This document shows positions 49,422 through 59,218 of a stretch of DNA of 64,000 nucleotides, piece by piece. How positions within the stretch are numbered: the first letter of the stretch is position 1; every line of letters starts with the position of its first letter. Origin of the DNA: Candidatus Omnitrophota bacterium. GTDB taxonomy: Bacteria; Hinthialibacterota; Hinthialibacteria; Hinthialibacterales; Hinthialibacteraceae. The stretch covers positions 57,334 to 121,333 of the forward strand of contig QZKN01000050.1 of NCBI GenBank assembly GCA_003598175.1, in the 5' to 3' direction. The translations under genes were made by a program, and so were the position numbers. The notes under the pieces are model-generated. The model was not told the origin of the DNA. It saw nothing but the letters and a program-made list of their open reading frames with translations, and ran no database searches.

Positions 49422-50117
49422 TTACAATTCCGGATCGACGCCCAGGGCGCGAAGTTTTGCCGCCAGTTTTTCCTTGATTTTTCGTTCCTGTTCGGCGTAT
49501 ATTCGTTGCTCAAAGGCGGTTGGATACATGACGCCTTTCCGGTCGCACCAGCGCAGCCAGAGGGCCGGGTATTGTTCGTAGTCGCCTTCCCACAGGGTCA
49601 ATCCCAATTCCACTTTGTCCAGCCAGTGAGTTTGTTTACGATGGTATTTTTCATCCTGCAGTTCATACACCAGCAGAACGGTATCGAGAATCTCATGATC
49701 GGGATCGAAGATGACGTAGTAGGGAACGCCGATTTCCTGATAAATGCGGAATTTCCGGTCGTTTTCTTCGCCTTCCCGATTGGAGACGACTTCCACGACC
49801 ACATCGGGCGGTTTGCCGAAGACCCAGGTGAAGTAGACGCGATTTTTTTTGGCGCGTTTGTCTTTGGCCGGTTTCACATCGAGGCTCAGCAGCATGTCGG
49901 GAACCAGGGGAGGTTCGTGCGGGTGATAGTATAAACCCACGTTGGTGCAGGCCAGAAACTGCCGGGGGCAGTTCCAGGAGGAATATAACGACTCTACCAA
50001 CAATCGATGTTGTTTGTCCGCAAACACGCTGTCCACCGGTGTATCGTCCTCTGTGATGAATTGTTCGTAATCGATTTCGTCCAAACGGGGAAACGACGCC
50101 ATTGTAATGGAGTTCAT
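49422..50117 (-). CDS. Uma2 family (DUF820) restriction-endonuclease-fold protein
   Basis: PDVVVEVVSNREGEENDRKFRIYQEIGVPYYVIFDPD is the PD-(D/E)xK-like Uma2 core. AGGAAGCAG RBS. Confidence 0.7.
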   Translation of the reverse strand: MNSITMASFPRLDEIDYEQFITEDDTPVDSVFADKQHRLLVESLYSSWNCPRQFLACTNVGLYYHPHEPPLVPDMLLSLDVKPAKDKRAKKNRVYFTWVFGKPPDVVVEVVSNREGEENDRKFRIYQEIGVPYYVIFDPDHEILDTVLLVYELQDEKYHRKQTHWLDKVELGLTLWEGDYEQYPALWLRWCDRKGVMYPTAFEQRIYAEQERKIKEKLAAKLRALGVDPEL

Positions 50118-50530
50118 GGTTTTCTGCTTCCTGTCGATTCAAGGTCTTGAGAGAAAGTATACAGCGAAATGAGGAGAACGGGAAAGGGAGAATTTTTTAT
50201 TTGGCTCTTATTTCTTATAGGTTTCCAAATTATCTTCTCCGGGAATCATGAATTTATGGCTTGATCTTCTTTTTTCCTCTCTGTGGGGGCTATCGTCTAT
50301 TATTTTTTTGATATTATTCGGATTGACTTGTTCCAACGCTGCGCTATACTTTCCATGCGAATAGAAAAGAAGCGGTGATCAAAAAGTCTGATTTCAATTC
50401 AAATCGGTTGCATGTGTCAGCGCTTGACTTCATTCCCTACCAACATTGTGCATCCTGAGTGTTTGCGTCTCATTGATTGATTTTTTTGTGGCATCAGATA
50501 TTATTAATCGAGCCAGGAGGAGAACACCGT

Positions 50531-51415
50531 ATGGATTACCAGCAGAATGAAATGATTATGGATTTTTATAAAACGATCATGGATTATTTGGATATCGGCG
50601 TGTATCACGTCGATAGAAATCGGCAAATCATTTATTGGAATCATGGCGCGGAGTTGTTGACAGGGTACAAACGGGAGGAAATCATTTCCAAACACTGCCA
50701 GGATCGTCTTCTCGAACACGTCGATGAACATGGAACCTGCCTGTGTCTCGAACTTTGCCCGCTCGCCGCCACGATTGAAGACGGACAATGCCGAAAAGCC
50801 AACGTTTTTCTCCACCACAAAAACGGACATCGCGTGCCCATTACGGTCCAAACCTTGCCCATTAAAGGGCTAGACGGCAATATTTCCGGCGCTTTTGAAA
50901 TCTTCATGGACAATCCGGCCAAGGAAAATGAAAGCGAAAAAATCAAGGAATTGGCGAAGTTGGCGTTTTTGGATCACAACACCAATTTGCCCAATCAGAA
51001 TTATCTCATGATGAAACTCAAAACCATCCTTACGGAAGTGAATCAATTGAAATGCCATTACAGCGCGATCATGATCCGCATCGATAATTATACGTTTCTG
51101 TGTGATACATTCACACAGGCGGTTGTCGATCGCATCCTGAATACGGCCGGGATTACCGTGCACAACAATATTCCCTCCACCTGCATCCTCGGCCGATGGG
51201 ATCATCAAACCTTTTTAATCATTGTTCCAACCCTTTCCCCGAAATTGGCGGAATTATTAGGAAAGAAGCTGTGTCGTCTGATTGAACAATCCACGTTTTC
51301 GATTCAGAAAATGACGGTTCGCAGCGACGTGTCTTTTCGATGCGGTCAACTGCAATCGGCGGCGGATGAAACATCCTTTATCGAGCCGATTCTGCAGGCG
51401 CCTTATGTCAAATAA
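50531..51415 (+). CDS. PAS domain protein with degenerate GGDEF domain
   Basis: PAS segment IGVYHVDRNRQIIYWNHGAELLTGYKREEII. The GGDEF-like C-terminal domain carries GRWDHQTF where GG(D/E)EF is expected. AGGAGG RBS. Confidence 0.6.
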   Translation: MDYQQNEMIMDFYKTIMDYLDIGVYHVDRNRQIIYWNHGAELLTGYKREEIISKHCQDRLLEHVDEHGTCLCLELCPLAATIEDGQCRKANVFLHHKNGHRVPITVQTLPIKGLDGNISGAFEIFMDNPAKENESEKIKELAKLAFLDHNTNLPNQNYLMMKLKTILTEVNQLKCHYSAIMIRIDNYTFLCDTFTQAVVDRILNTAGITVHNNIPSTCILGRWDHQTFLIIVPTLSPKLAELLGKKLCRLIEQSTFSIQKMTVRSDVSFRCGQLQSAADETSFIEPILQAPYVK

Positions 51416-51442
51416 GAAATCCGGATCAAATTCACGGCCTTT

Positions 51443-51862
51443 TTATATCTTGTCGAGATTATCGTCGGTTGATAAAACTCCTTTTTGTTCCAAATAGATT
51501 TTTATCCTTTTGGAAAAATTTCTGGCGTCTCGAACCATCACTTCCGCATCCTCTTTTTCGATTTCCGATGAGACAATATAATCGGCAATATCTCTTTGAA
51601 TCTGTTCATGAGCCAATATTTCAGCCCATTCCTTCTCGATTTCACCTTTTTGAACAGGTAATTGACCAAAAAGTCGTTTTGCAGAAGCATGTCTTTTTAC
51701 ATCAATGCCATGAACCAAAAGAGCTGCTTTGGTCGCGTGCAAAACAGCATAATAGGAACGTGAAATGGAATCTTCGAATTATTCCAATGATAAAAGTGCT
51801 TCAGCGGATTTCAATGATTTTATAGAACGATTCCACTCGTCCACTATCGCCTCTTGATTCAT
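51443..51862 (-). pseudogene. HEPN domain toxin interrupted by an in-frame TAA
   Basis: ATG 51862..51860 encodes MNQEAIVDEWNRSIKSLKSAEALLSLE. TAA at 51781..51779 interrupts it. The same frame continues FEDSISRSYYAVLHATKAALLVHGIDVKRH...RDARNFSKRI. ATGA overlap with the upstream MNT gene. Confidence 0.6.
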
Positions 51863-52194
51863 GCGAATGAAATCCCTTCTTCTTGAATCCGATCACAAAA
51901 CACCGATTTACGGAGTTTAAGACGTTCCCACTCTTTGATCGTAAAAACAAAAATGGAGGGAACCACATTCGTTCCGATCGAAGGCCGAATCCCGATACTG
52001 GCGACTTGCTTTTTTAGTTTACGATCACCTTCGCGAATCAAAATTAGCAAATCCAAATCCGAATCACGTCTCGAATCCCCTCTTGCCTTTGAGCCATAAA
52101 GAAGAATATTTTCGACTAAATCCGGAAATCGATCATATAAATTCTCTCGATAGGAATTTAACCATTTTTTTTCTTCTTCATTCAACATTACCAT
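51859..52194 (-). CDS. minimal nucleotidyltransferase (MNT) family antitoxin
   Basis: LYGSKARGDSRRDSDLDLLIL carries the GS-x9-DxD nucleotidyltransferase motif. Confidence 0.75.
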   Translation of the reverse strand: MVMLNEEEKKWLNSYRENLYDRFPDLVENILLYGSKARGDSRRDSDLDLLILIREGDRKLKKQVASIGIRPSIGTNVVPSIFVFTIKEWERLKLRKSVFCDRIQEEGISFA

Positions 52195-52208
52195 TTGCGT
52201 TCTCCATT

Positions 52209-53369
52209 TTATTTATCCAACCGTTTCATTCGCACATTGCGAAACGCCATCGTTCCGTCGTAATTCTGCAAACCGATAAATCCCTTTCGTGGGCGTTCCT
52301 TCAGCGGTTTGGCGTCGGTCGTAGATTTTTCGTATTCATCCAGATTCGCATCGACGACGATGACGCCGTTGATGTAAATCGTGATTTGGGCGCCGTTTGC
52401 GACGATTTGCATCGTTTGCCAGTTTCCAGCCGTTTTCGTGGCTCGCACGGCCGGCGCGATTTCGTGATACACCGAGCCGGTTTTCTGCCAATCCTGCAGT
52501 TTTCCCCAATGCACAGCGTCATCGTCGAGGATCTGGATTTCCATGCCTTCATATGAAGCGCGGCCTTTTCCGGGATAGCGGATATAGACGCCGCTGTTGC
52601 CTTCTTTCGGCACATTGTATTCCAAACTCAACACGAAATCGGAATAGTCGTCCGTTTTTGTGCCGATCCATCCTCCTTTTTCACCGCTGCAGACAAGTTC
52701 GCCATTCTCATTCAGGCTCCATGCTTCTTTCGATCCTTCCTGGACCATTAGATGCTCGAATTCCTTGCCATGCCCTGTCAGCAAATTCACGGCTCCGATT
52801 TCCTGAATGCGAATATTGCGAAACTCGAAGGATTTGTTTTCCGCCTGGATGCCGATCAGCCCTCGCTGCAGGTCGATCATGTCCAGCATGTCCGTTTCCC
52901 ACACTTCCTCGTCGTTCAACTCCAATTTTCCGTTGATCCCGTTGGCGGTCAAACGAAATTTCATCCACTCGCCGACAGGAAGCGGTTCGACTTCGGATTT
53001 CAGCACCGCGCGATTGCCGCGCACCAGCGCGCCCAGCATATCATTCTTTAAATTGATCTGCAGACCCGCATCCGGCCAGGGTTTGCCTTCGAGTCCCGAG
53101 CGAATGAAAATGCCGCTGTCGTAATTCTCCACCAGCGCCTTGCATTCGAATTCGAGTATGAAATCGTCGTACACCTGCTCGGTGCGCAGCCAGCCCATGC
53201 CTTTGATCAGCCGCAGATTGCCGTCGTGCACGTCGAAATCGACATCATGCACGCCGGTCCAGCCGGTTAAATCTTTTCCATTAAACAAATTGAGCCATTT
53301 GCTGTTATCGGTCGATCCCGTCAGTACAAACGATGAAACAAACAACATGAATACAACAAATTTTTTCAT
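52209..53369 (-). CDS. tandem DUF1080 (3-keto-disaccharide hydrolase-like) domain protein, secreted
   Basis: Two copies of LFNGKDLTGW...SGIFIRS...GLIGIQAENKSFEFRNIRIQE / GFIGLQNYDGTMAFRNVRMKRL. Signal peptide. GAGGAA RBS. Confidence 0.75.
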   Translation of the reverse strand: MKKFVVFMLFVSSFVLTGSTDNSKWLNLFNGKDLTGWTGVHDVDFDVHDGNLRLIKGMGWLRTEQVYDDFILEFECKALVENYDSGIFIRSGLEGKPWPDAGLQINLKNDMLGALVRGNRAVLKSEVEPLPVGEWMKFRLTANGINGKLELNDEEVWETDMLDMIDLQRGLIGIQAENKSFEFRNIRIQEIGAVNLLTGHGKEFEHLMVQEGSKEAWSLNENGELVCSGEKGGWIGTKTDDYSDFVLSLEYNVPKEGNSGVYIRYPGKGRASYEGMEIQILDDDAVHWGKLQDWQKTGSVYHEIAPAVRATKTAGNWQTMQIVANGAQITIYINGVIVVDANLDEYEKSTTDAKPLKERPRKGFIGLQNYDGTMAFRNVRMKRLDK

Positions 53370-53673
53370 GGATTCCTCGCGTATTTATTTGATTTTTCGA
53401 CTCGAATAAGTTGATTTATTTTACACCAAAAATTTGGGGAGTTTAGGACATCAGCCTCCTTTCCCTCCGGTCCGTGTTTTCACTCCCTACAATCCGGAAG
53501 ATGTGTGGAGCCGGTATACGAATCTCTTGTATCACGCGATTGTTGATTGAGGGAAAAATTTTGTTGGCAAGGTTCCAATTTCAATAACAACAATTCCATG
53601 ATATTATAAAGGTATATCATAAAAATCATACAGCTAATGTGGAGATTGTCGGGTGGAATGAATATCGATGGAA

Positions 53674-53706
53674 AAGGTGGGTTTCGCTTTGCTCAACCCA
53701 CCCTAC
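53674..53706. repeat. 33-bp hairpin-containing repeat aaggtgggtttcgctttgctcaacccaccctac, copy 1 (identical copy at 55755..55787)
   Basis: Exact 33/33 match. Stem ggtgggtt / aacccacc. Confidence 0.85.
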
Positions 53707-53715
53707 ATAGATAAA

Positions 53716-53883
53716 ATGAAAGTCAGTGAAATAATCAAAATTCTAAAAGAAGACGGCTGGTATCTTGATCGTACGCGGGGAAGCCATCGGCAATTCAAAC
53801 ACCCGATCAAACGGGGGAAGGTGACCGTTTCGGGTAAAGAATCGGACGATATGCCCATAGGATTGAAGTTCAGCGTTTTTTAA
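53716..53883 (+). CDS. hicA: HicA family toxin
   Basis: MKVSEIIKILKEDGWYLDRTRGSHRQFKHP is the canonical HicA N-terminus. The ORF-track start 53668 reads through the 33-bp repeat; true start is uncertain (53668 or 53716). Confidence 0.7.
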   Translation: MKVSEIIKILKEDGWYLDRTRGSHRQFKHPIKRGKVTVSGKESDDMPIGLKFSVF

Positions 53884-53912
53884 CAAGCGCAAATCGATAG
53901 GAGAAAATTACA

Positions 53913-54140
53913 ATGAAATATGCGGTTGTGATTGAAAAAGCGGAAAATAATTACGGGGCCTACGTTCCCGATCTTCCCGGATGCGTGGCGACAGCCGGCG
54001 CCGTCGAGGAAACCCTTCACATGATTAAAGAAGCCATCGAATTTCACATTGAAGGGTTGAAACTGGACGGCGAGCCAATCCCCAAACCATCCGCGATCTG
54101 TGATTACGTCGAAACCGAAGACATTTCTCACATCGCCTGA
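53913..54140 (+). CDS. hicB: HicB family antitoxin
   Basis: MKYAVVIEKAENNYGAYVPDLPGCVATAGAVEETLHMIKEAIEFHIEG. TAGGAGAAA RBS. Confidence 0.85.
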   Translation: MKYAVVIEKAENNYGAYVPDLPGCVATAGAVEETLHMIKEAIEFHIEGLKLDGEPIPKPSAICDYVETEDISHIA

Positions 54141-54434
54141 CATCTTACACCTCCAACCGGATCGGCGCCGTTTCCGGCGGTTCGGATTCAGTAATCTCTC
54201 GCAATTCCCGTTGAGTCAAAAAAAATTAGGTTCATCCGGGAATTGGATCAAGTTATCGAAGGACTCAATGAACTTATTGGGAATTAATCAATTTGTAAAC
54301 TATAATTTACTGCAACTCAACAATTTCCCTACGCCGGCCGCCATAATTCCTCCCCGATACCAGTAAGCGTTTGTTCCGCATCCGGAAATATCGATCCCAA
54401 AATCCGCGCGGAGCTATGGTATATCGATAGTCAC

Positions 54435-55595
54435 TCACTCGCCGGTGAGGTACTTTTCGATGATCATTTCACAGACTTTATCCACGCCCTCCGGCGCGCC
54501 TTTTCCGCCGCGGTTGACGGCAACAAGCACGGCAAAGTTCTTTTTCGGCGCGATCCAGACGACGCTGAAATTCATGCCGTTGCTTCCCGCGTGAGTCAAT
54601 ACGGTTCCTGCGCCCCATTTCCGCTCGTGGAGCTCCCATCCCAGCGCGTAGTTCTCACCGAACGGCGGTTCAGCGGATGAGGGATCCATCATTTCCCGAT
54701 AGATTTCCGATGGAAGTAAGTCTTTTTCATCGCGACAGGCTTTCAAGACTCTCTGTATATATTTCGCCCAGTCTTCTATCGAGCAATGAACAAGCCCTGC
54801 CGGCGCGATCATGTCGGGATTATCGCTGTTCGGTCCGGGATTGATGGGCTTGATCGTTTCGTCATCCATTGTATGTTGCCACGGCGCGTCGATGGTATCC
54901 CGCGTTCCCATCGCGCCGAATCCGGCGGTTTTCATGTCCAGCGGTTCAAAAAGATACCGCCGCATCAGGCTTTCCCACGATTCGTCCATTGCTTTTTCCG
55001 CCATGGCGCCGGCGATGGTGTAGCCGAAATTCGAATACTCATAGTTCTCGCCCAGCGGAAACAATGGCGTATGTAGTAAAACGATCTCCATGGCGCGCAG
55101 TCGCTGTTGACGCGGATCGTCGATAGCCAGCACTGTTATTTGCTGTTCGCCCTGCAGGGGATACAAACCCGCCGTCATTTTCGGCGCTCCCGCGCGATGC
55201 GACAACAGATGAACCAGAGTCGCCCGGCGATAGCCTTCGTGCATGAGGTCTTTCCATTCGGGGAAGGTTTCCGCCAGCGTTTGATCCCAACGCAGTTTTT
55301 CTTCATTTACCAAACGAGCGATCAACGAAGCGGTCATCGCTTTGGTGCAGGAACCCAGGTGAAACGGATCGTCGAGTTCCGCCTGGATTTCACTCCCATG
55401 CTTCCGTACGCCCACGACGCCGATGGCGCGCAGTTCGCCTTCCAGAATCATTCCGGCGGCCAGCGCGGGGAAATGATACTCTTCTCGTATGGGCTGCAAT
55501 TGATTCGTCAAGTCAATCCGTTCTTCCGCGTTCGCGTCGGCGATAACCAGCAGGTATAACGGAACCAACCAACATAGTTTTCTTGAACGTATCAT
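54435..55595 (-). CDS. serine hydrolase, beta-lactamase/PBP-like family
   Basis: SCTK (SxxK) in HLGSCTKAMTASL and a class C-like fold. Signal peptide. Confidence 0.7.
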   Translation of the reverse strand: MIRSRKLCWLVPLYLLVIADANAEERIDLTNQLQPIREEYHFPALAAGMILEGELRAIGVVGVRKHGSEIQAELDDPFHLGSCTKAMTASLIARLVNEEKLRWDQTLAETFPEWKDLMHEGYRRATLVHLLSHRAGAPKMTAGLYPLQGEQQITVLAIDDPRQQRLRAMEIVLLHTPLFPLGENYEYSNFGYTIAGAMAEKAMDESWESLMRRYLFEPLDMKTAGFGAMGTRDTIDAPWQHTMDDETIKPINPGPNSDNPDMIAPAGLVHCSIEDWAKYIQRVLKACRDEKDLLPSEIYREMMDPSSAEPPFGENYALGWELHERKWGAGTVLTHAGSNGMNFSVVWIAPKKNFAVLVAVNRGGKGAPEGVDKVCEMIIEKYLTGE

Positions 55596-55754
55596 TCCAT
55601 TCTCCTTCCTCAGGGCATCGACGGGGACGCACTCAGATTATAAGGGATTCCATGATTCTTCGTCATCGAGGTTATACGAATGTTTTGAGAGATTGTAGAT
55701 TGTTGGGTCGGGTGTATGCAATGCATCCTGTTTGTTTTTGAAATGGCAATCGTA

Positions 55755-55787
55755 AAGGTGGGTTTCGCTTTGCTCAACCCACCCTAC
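55755..55787. repeat. 33-bp hairpin-containing repeat, copy 2
   Basis: Identical to 53674..53706. Confidence 0.85.
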
Positions 55788-55820
55788 GATACTACTACGT
55801 TATAAAAATTAATATATGAA

Positions 55821-57101
55821 TTATGATCGGCGGGAGGGGAGCGTTTCTTTCATCCCACAGGCGGCGATGAAGGCGAGGATTGCGCATAATACGTATAGTT
55901 GAAACGCCTGTCCGTAGGCCGCGGCGGAATATCCTGTCGCCGCCTTTCCATCTGCGTCCAGGACATAGCCCACGAGCGGCTGCAGGATGGCACCGCCGAG
56001 GAAGGGAAACAGGTTGATCAAACCGACGGCCGTTCCCGCGATTTCCATTGGAAAGGATTCCTTCGCGGCGGCAAAGCCGACCACCACCACCGCGCTGCCG
56101 AACATGCCCAAGAGAAAACTCCATACGTATAAAACCGGCAAGGGCATGTCGGCGGTGAAAAAAGCGAGTGGGATCGAGAGCATCCCGACGATGGCGGACG
56201 ACAGAATCAATGTTATTTTGCGGGAGCGCAGGATATGGTCGGAAACGTAGCTGAATAACGGGCCGCCGATGATGATGGCCGCGGCCGGCATACTCAAAAT
56301 CGATCCGGCCTGGGTTTTGCTCAATTGATAGATTTCCATAAAATAGGGGCCGCCCCATAAGCCGCTGAAACTGAAAAATATGCCGAATGTAAAGAAGAAC
56401 CAGGCGGCCAACGGCCAAAAACGGGCGGCGCGCAGCACGACGCCGACGCCTTCCCACAGGCCGATGATTGGTTTTGGAGACGGTTGAGCCGGATCGCTTG
56501 TTTCCACGGCGGCCAATCCCATTTCTTCCGGCGAATTGCGTACGAACAACCAAATGGCGGCCGCCGAAAAGAGGGTGATGATTCCGATGGCAATAAAACT
56601 TCCGCGCCAGCCGATGGCCGCACTGAGATACGCCAGGGGATACGCCGCGATCAGGCCTCCCAAGCCGCCGATAGCCATCAGCAGGCCGGTCATGAAAGAA
56701 AATTCCGACACGGTGAACCAGCGCGTCAATATTTTCATGATGGGAACGAACAGCATGGACACGCCGATTCCGACGAACACGCGCGCGGCGATGGCGCCGG
56801 TCGCAGTGTGAGCCAGTCCGAATCCCATCGATGAAAAACCGGCGAGTATAAAGAAACCGGTGATTGTTTTGCGCGGTCCCCACGAATCGGATAAGAGGCC
56901 GGATGGGATTTGCATGAACGCGTAGGGATAGAAGTAGGCGGACGCGAGCAATCCCACCAGCCATCCTCCCGCTTGCAAATCTTGCATTAAATCCAACGCC
57001 ACCACCGCCGGGCAGAGGCGATGAAAATTGACGAGCAAATATCCGATCGCCAATAATCCAAACACCAGCCAGCGATACTGCGAGGGTTTTGTATCATTCA
57101 T
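55821..57101 (-). CDS. MFS transporter
   Basis: 12 predicted TM helices and conserved loop GLLSDSWGPRK (motif A-like). GGAGAGGGG RBS before MNDTKP. ORF-track start 57122 is a TTG. Confidence 0.8.
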   Translation of the reverse strand: MNDTKPSQYRWLVFGLLAIGYLLVNFHRLCPAVVALDLMQDLQAGGWLVGLLASAYFYPYAFMQIPSGLLSDSWGPRKTITGFFILAGFSSMGFGLAHTATGAIAARVFVGIGVSMLFVPIMKILTRWFTVSEFSFMTGLLMAIGGLGGLIAAYPLAYLSAAIGWRGSFIAIGIITLFSAAAIWLFVRNSPEEMGLAAVETSDPAQPSPKPIIGLWEGVGVVLRAARFWPLAAWFFFTFGIFFSFSGLWGGPYFMEIYQLSKTQAGSILSMPAAAIIIGGPLFSYVSDHILRSRKITLILSSAIVGMLSIPLAFFTADMPLPVLYVWSFLLGMFGSAVVVVGFAAAKESFPMEIAGTAVGLINLFPFLGGAILQPLVGYVLDADGKAATGYSAAAYGQAFQLYVLCAILAFIAACGMKETLPSRRS

Positions 57102-57154
57102 GACATCAATTCCCCTCTCCAATCCGTCAACGGGGAGTGAACAAATTGGTTTGT

Positions 57155-59218
57155 TTATTCTTTTTCGGGATTATGCAAATCCGCTTCCGTCCAGGCCGGC
57201 TCCCATCCCCATCCCAAATCCAGCATCGGGCCGTTTGGGGCGGTTGGATGTTGTTTTCGCAGCGTTTCGCTATGGTCGCCGATCATGGGTGTATCTTCCA
57301 GGCGAACGATGGCGATGCGGGTGCGTGAGTTTTTCACCGCGCCCAAATCCTCTTCGCTGCGGGTGAATACCACGTATCGATCTAGCGGAGAAAGCGCGCC
57401 GCCGTACATATTCCGTCGTTCTTCCGCGTAAATCAAGCGTCTCTCCCGGCCATCCCCGTTTACCATCCACAATTCCGCCCAACCGCCTTTTTCCGGAACG
57501 ATTCCTCGCGAGTAGATGATTCGCTCGGCGTCGTTGAACCAATCGGGCGTGCAATTGTATCTTTCCAATTCGCTGACTGCGTTCATTTCGCCCGTGAGCG
57601 CGTTCATTCGACCGATGTTCCAATATTTGCCCAAGCCGTTGGCGGTACCACAGAACCATTTTCCGTCCGGCGACCAGCCCAATTGCTGCACCATCCCTTT
57701 TCGCGGCAGGGTGCGAATGATTTTCTTACTTTCCAGGTCGATGATTTGCATCCCTATTTTATCCAAACAGGCAAATTGGTCGCTATGCGGTCCCCACGCC
57801 GCCCACGGGAATACGTCGCCATAGACGTTGGCGTCGCTGCCATCCGCATTGGCGAGGATCAGCGTGAACAATCCATAGGTGTTATTATCCAGCGGCGTAT
57901 CCTGGCTCATGCGATAAAACAACATTTTTTTTCCGTCGCGAGAAAAGCGTACGCCGCCCTCATTCCAATCCGGTGAGTTGGTGATGTTGCGCCGATCCGA
58001 TCCGTCCGGGCGCATTAAGAACAAGTCCCAATCGCCTCGTTCCGTTTCCGCGCTATAAGCAATCCAGCCTTTGTCGTGTAATTCACGCGCCAACGAATCG
58101 CTGGTATTCGTCGGTGATGATTGCGTGGTTTCGGTTGGTTCATTGGCCACGATTTCCGCGAATGTCCAGCACGGTTCCCATCCATTGGGTAATACCAAAA
58201 CAGGTCCATGACCAGCGTTGGGATATAATGCCCGCAATTCCTGACTTTCATCGCCAATCAGTGGGGCATCCGCGAGACGCATCAATCCCATCGGCGCGCC
58301 GCTGTTTTCCGGATCGCCGTCTTCCTTCATATTTCCTGTAAATACAACATATCGGCCGTCGGGAGAGACCTGGCCACCGTAAACATGCCGCCCATCTTCG
58401 CCATAAACCAATTGCCGTTCCTTGCCTTCGATATCGGCCCGCCACAGCTGCGTCCAACCATAGCCGTTGTTTCCTTTTTGTCCCGGCGGGCGGTTGCTAA
58501 AAATGAGATTTTTCGAATCCGGAAACCAATCCGGGGTGCAGCAATCCACGCGACTCACCGCATTCGTCTCGCCGGTAGAAATTTCCATGCAGGCGACGCT
58601 CCAGCTCGCGCCGAAATTGTTCGCCACCCCGCAGAATCGCAGTCCGTCCGGCGACCAGATTAATTGTTGAAAAAAACCTATGCGTTCCAACCGTTGCATA
58701 ACCTGTTTTGTTTCGATATCGATAAAGAGAATCCCTTGGGGCGTCAAACACGCGATTTGTTTTCCGTCCGGACTCCAACTTGCCCAAGGATATTCACCCT
58801 TACTACCGAAAACCTGCGGTTCCGTTCCATTCCCGCGTGCAAAAACCAATTCGCCCTGCGCGCCGTAATAATTGCCGTCGATTTTCTCATCACGGCGTAT
58901 TCTCCGATACAGTAAATTGCGGCCATCGCGTGAAAATTGTGGGGCGGCTTCATTCCAGGCAGGTGTTGAAGTCAGGTTTTGCGGATTGGAGCCATCCGGC
59001 CGGCAAAAAAACAAGTCCCAATCTCCTTTTTCGGAGCGGGCGCAGAACACGATCCAGCCGTTCTTTGCCACTTCCTCGGCGAGTTGTTCTTCCGCTTCGT
59101 TTTTTTTATCCGCAGGAGAGAGAAGTGGATTCATTACATATAGCAAAACTCCAAAAAACATAAAATACCACCAAACTACCCAATTCATCCCCAGCTTCAA
59201 TCTCAAATATCGCAACAT
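57155..59218 (-). CDS. TolB-like tandem beta-propeller (PD40/WD40-like repeat) protein
   Basis: Two homologous halves (PAWNEAAPQFSRDGRNLLY... / PDWNEGGVRFSRDGKKMLF...) of PD40-type blades. N-terminal TM/signal. Start may be at 59188. Confidence 0.6.
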   Translation of the reverse strand: MLRYLRLKLGMNWVVWWYFMFFGVLLYVMNPLLSPADKKNEAEEQLAEEVAKNGWIVFCARSEKGDWDLFFCRPDGSNPQNLTSTPAWNEAAPQFSRDGRNLLYRRIRRDEKIDGNYYGAQGELVFARGNGTEPQVFGSKGEYPWASWSPDGKQIACLTPQGILFIDIETKQVMQRLERIGFFQQLIWSPDGLRFCGVANNFGASWSVACMEISTGETNAVSRVDCCTPDWFPDSKNLIFSNRPPGQKGNNGYGWTQLWRADIEGKERQLVYGEDGRHVYGGQVSPDGRYVVFTGNMKEDGDPENSGAPMGLMRLADAPLIGDESQELRALYPNAGHGPVLVLPNGWEPCWTFAEIVANEPTETTQSSPTNTSDSLARELHDKGWIAYSAETERGDWDLFLMRPDGSDRRNITNSPDWNEGGVRFSRDGKKMLFYRMSQDTPLDNNTYGLFTLILANADGSDANVYGDVFPWAAWGPHSDQFACLDKIGMQIIDLESKKIIRTLPRKGMVQQLGWSPDGKWFCGTANGLGKYWNIGRMNALTGEMNAVSELERYNCTPDWFNDAERIIYSRGIVPEKGGWAELWMVNGDGRERRLIYAEERRNMYGGALSPLDRYVVFTRSEEDLGAVKNSRTRIAIVRLEDTPMIGDHSETLRKQHPTAPNGPMLDLGWGWEPAWTEADLHNPEKE

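Noticed and set aside
53668-53715. N-terminal extension MEKVGFALLNPPYIDK of hicA
   Set aside because: Translation of the 33-bp hairpin repeat, which also occurs in non-coding context at 55755. The canonical HicA N-terminus begins at 53716. Retained as an alternative start only.
46875-55787. Integron gene-cassette / attC interpretation of the repeat-flanked TA loci
   Set aside because: Repeats lack R''/R' (RYYYAAC/GTTRRRY) cores, genes are in mixed orientations, and no intI is present.
55795-56964. 389-aa minus-strand ORF, Arg/His-rich
   Set aside because: Alternative frame of the MFS transporter gene. No domain signal and an implausible composition.
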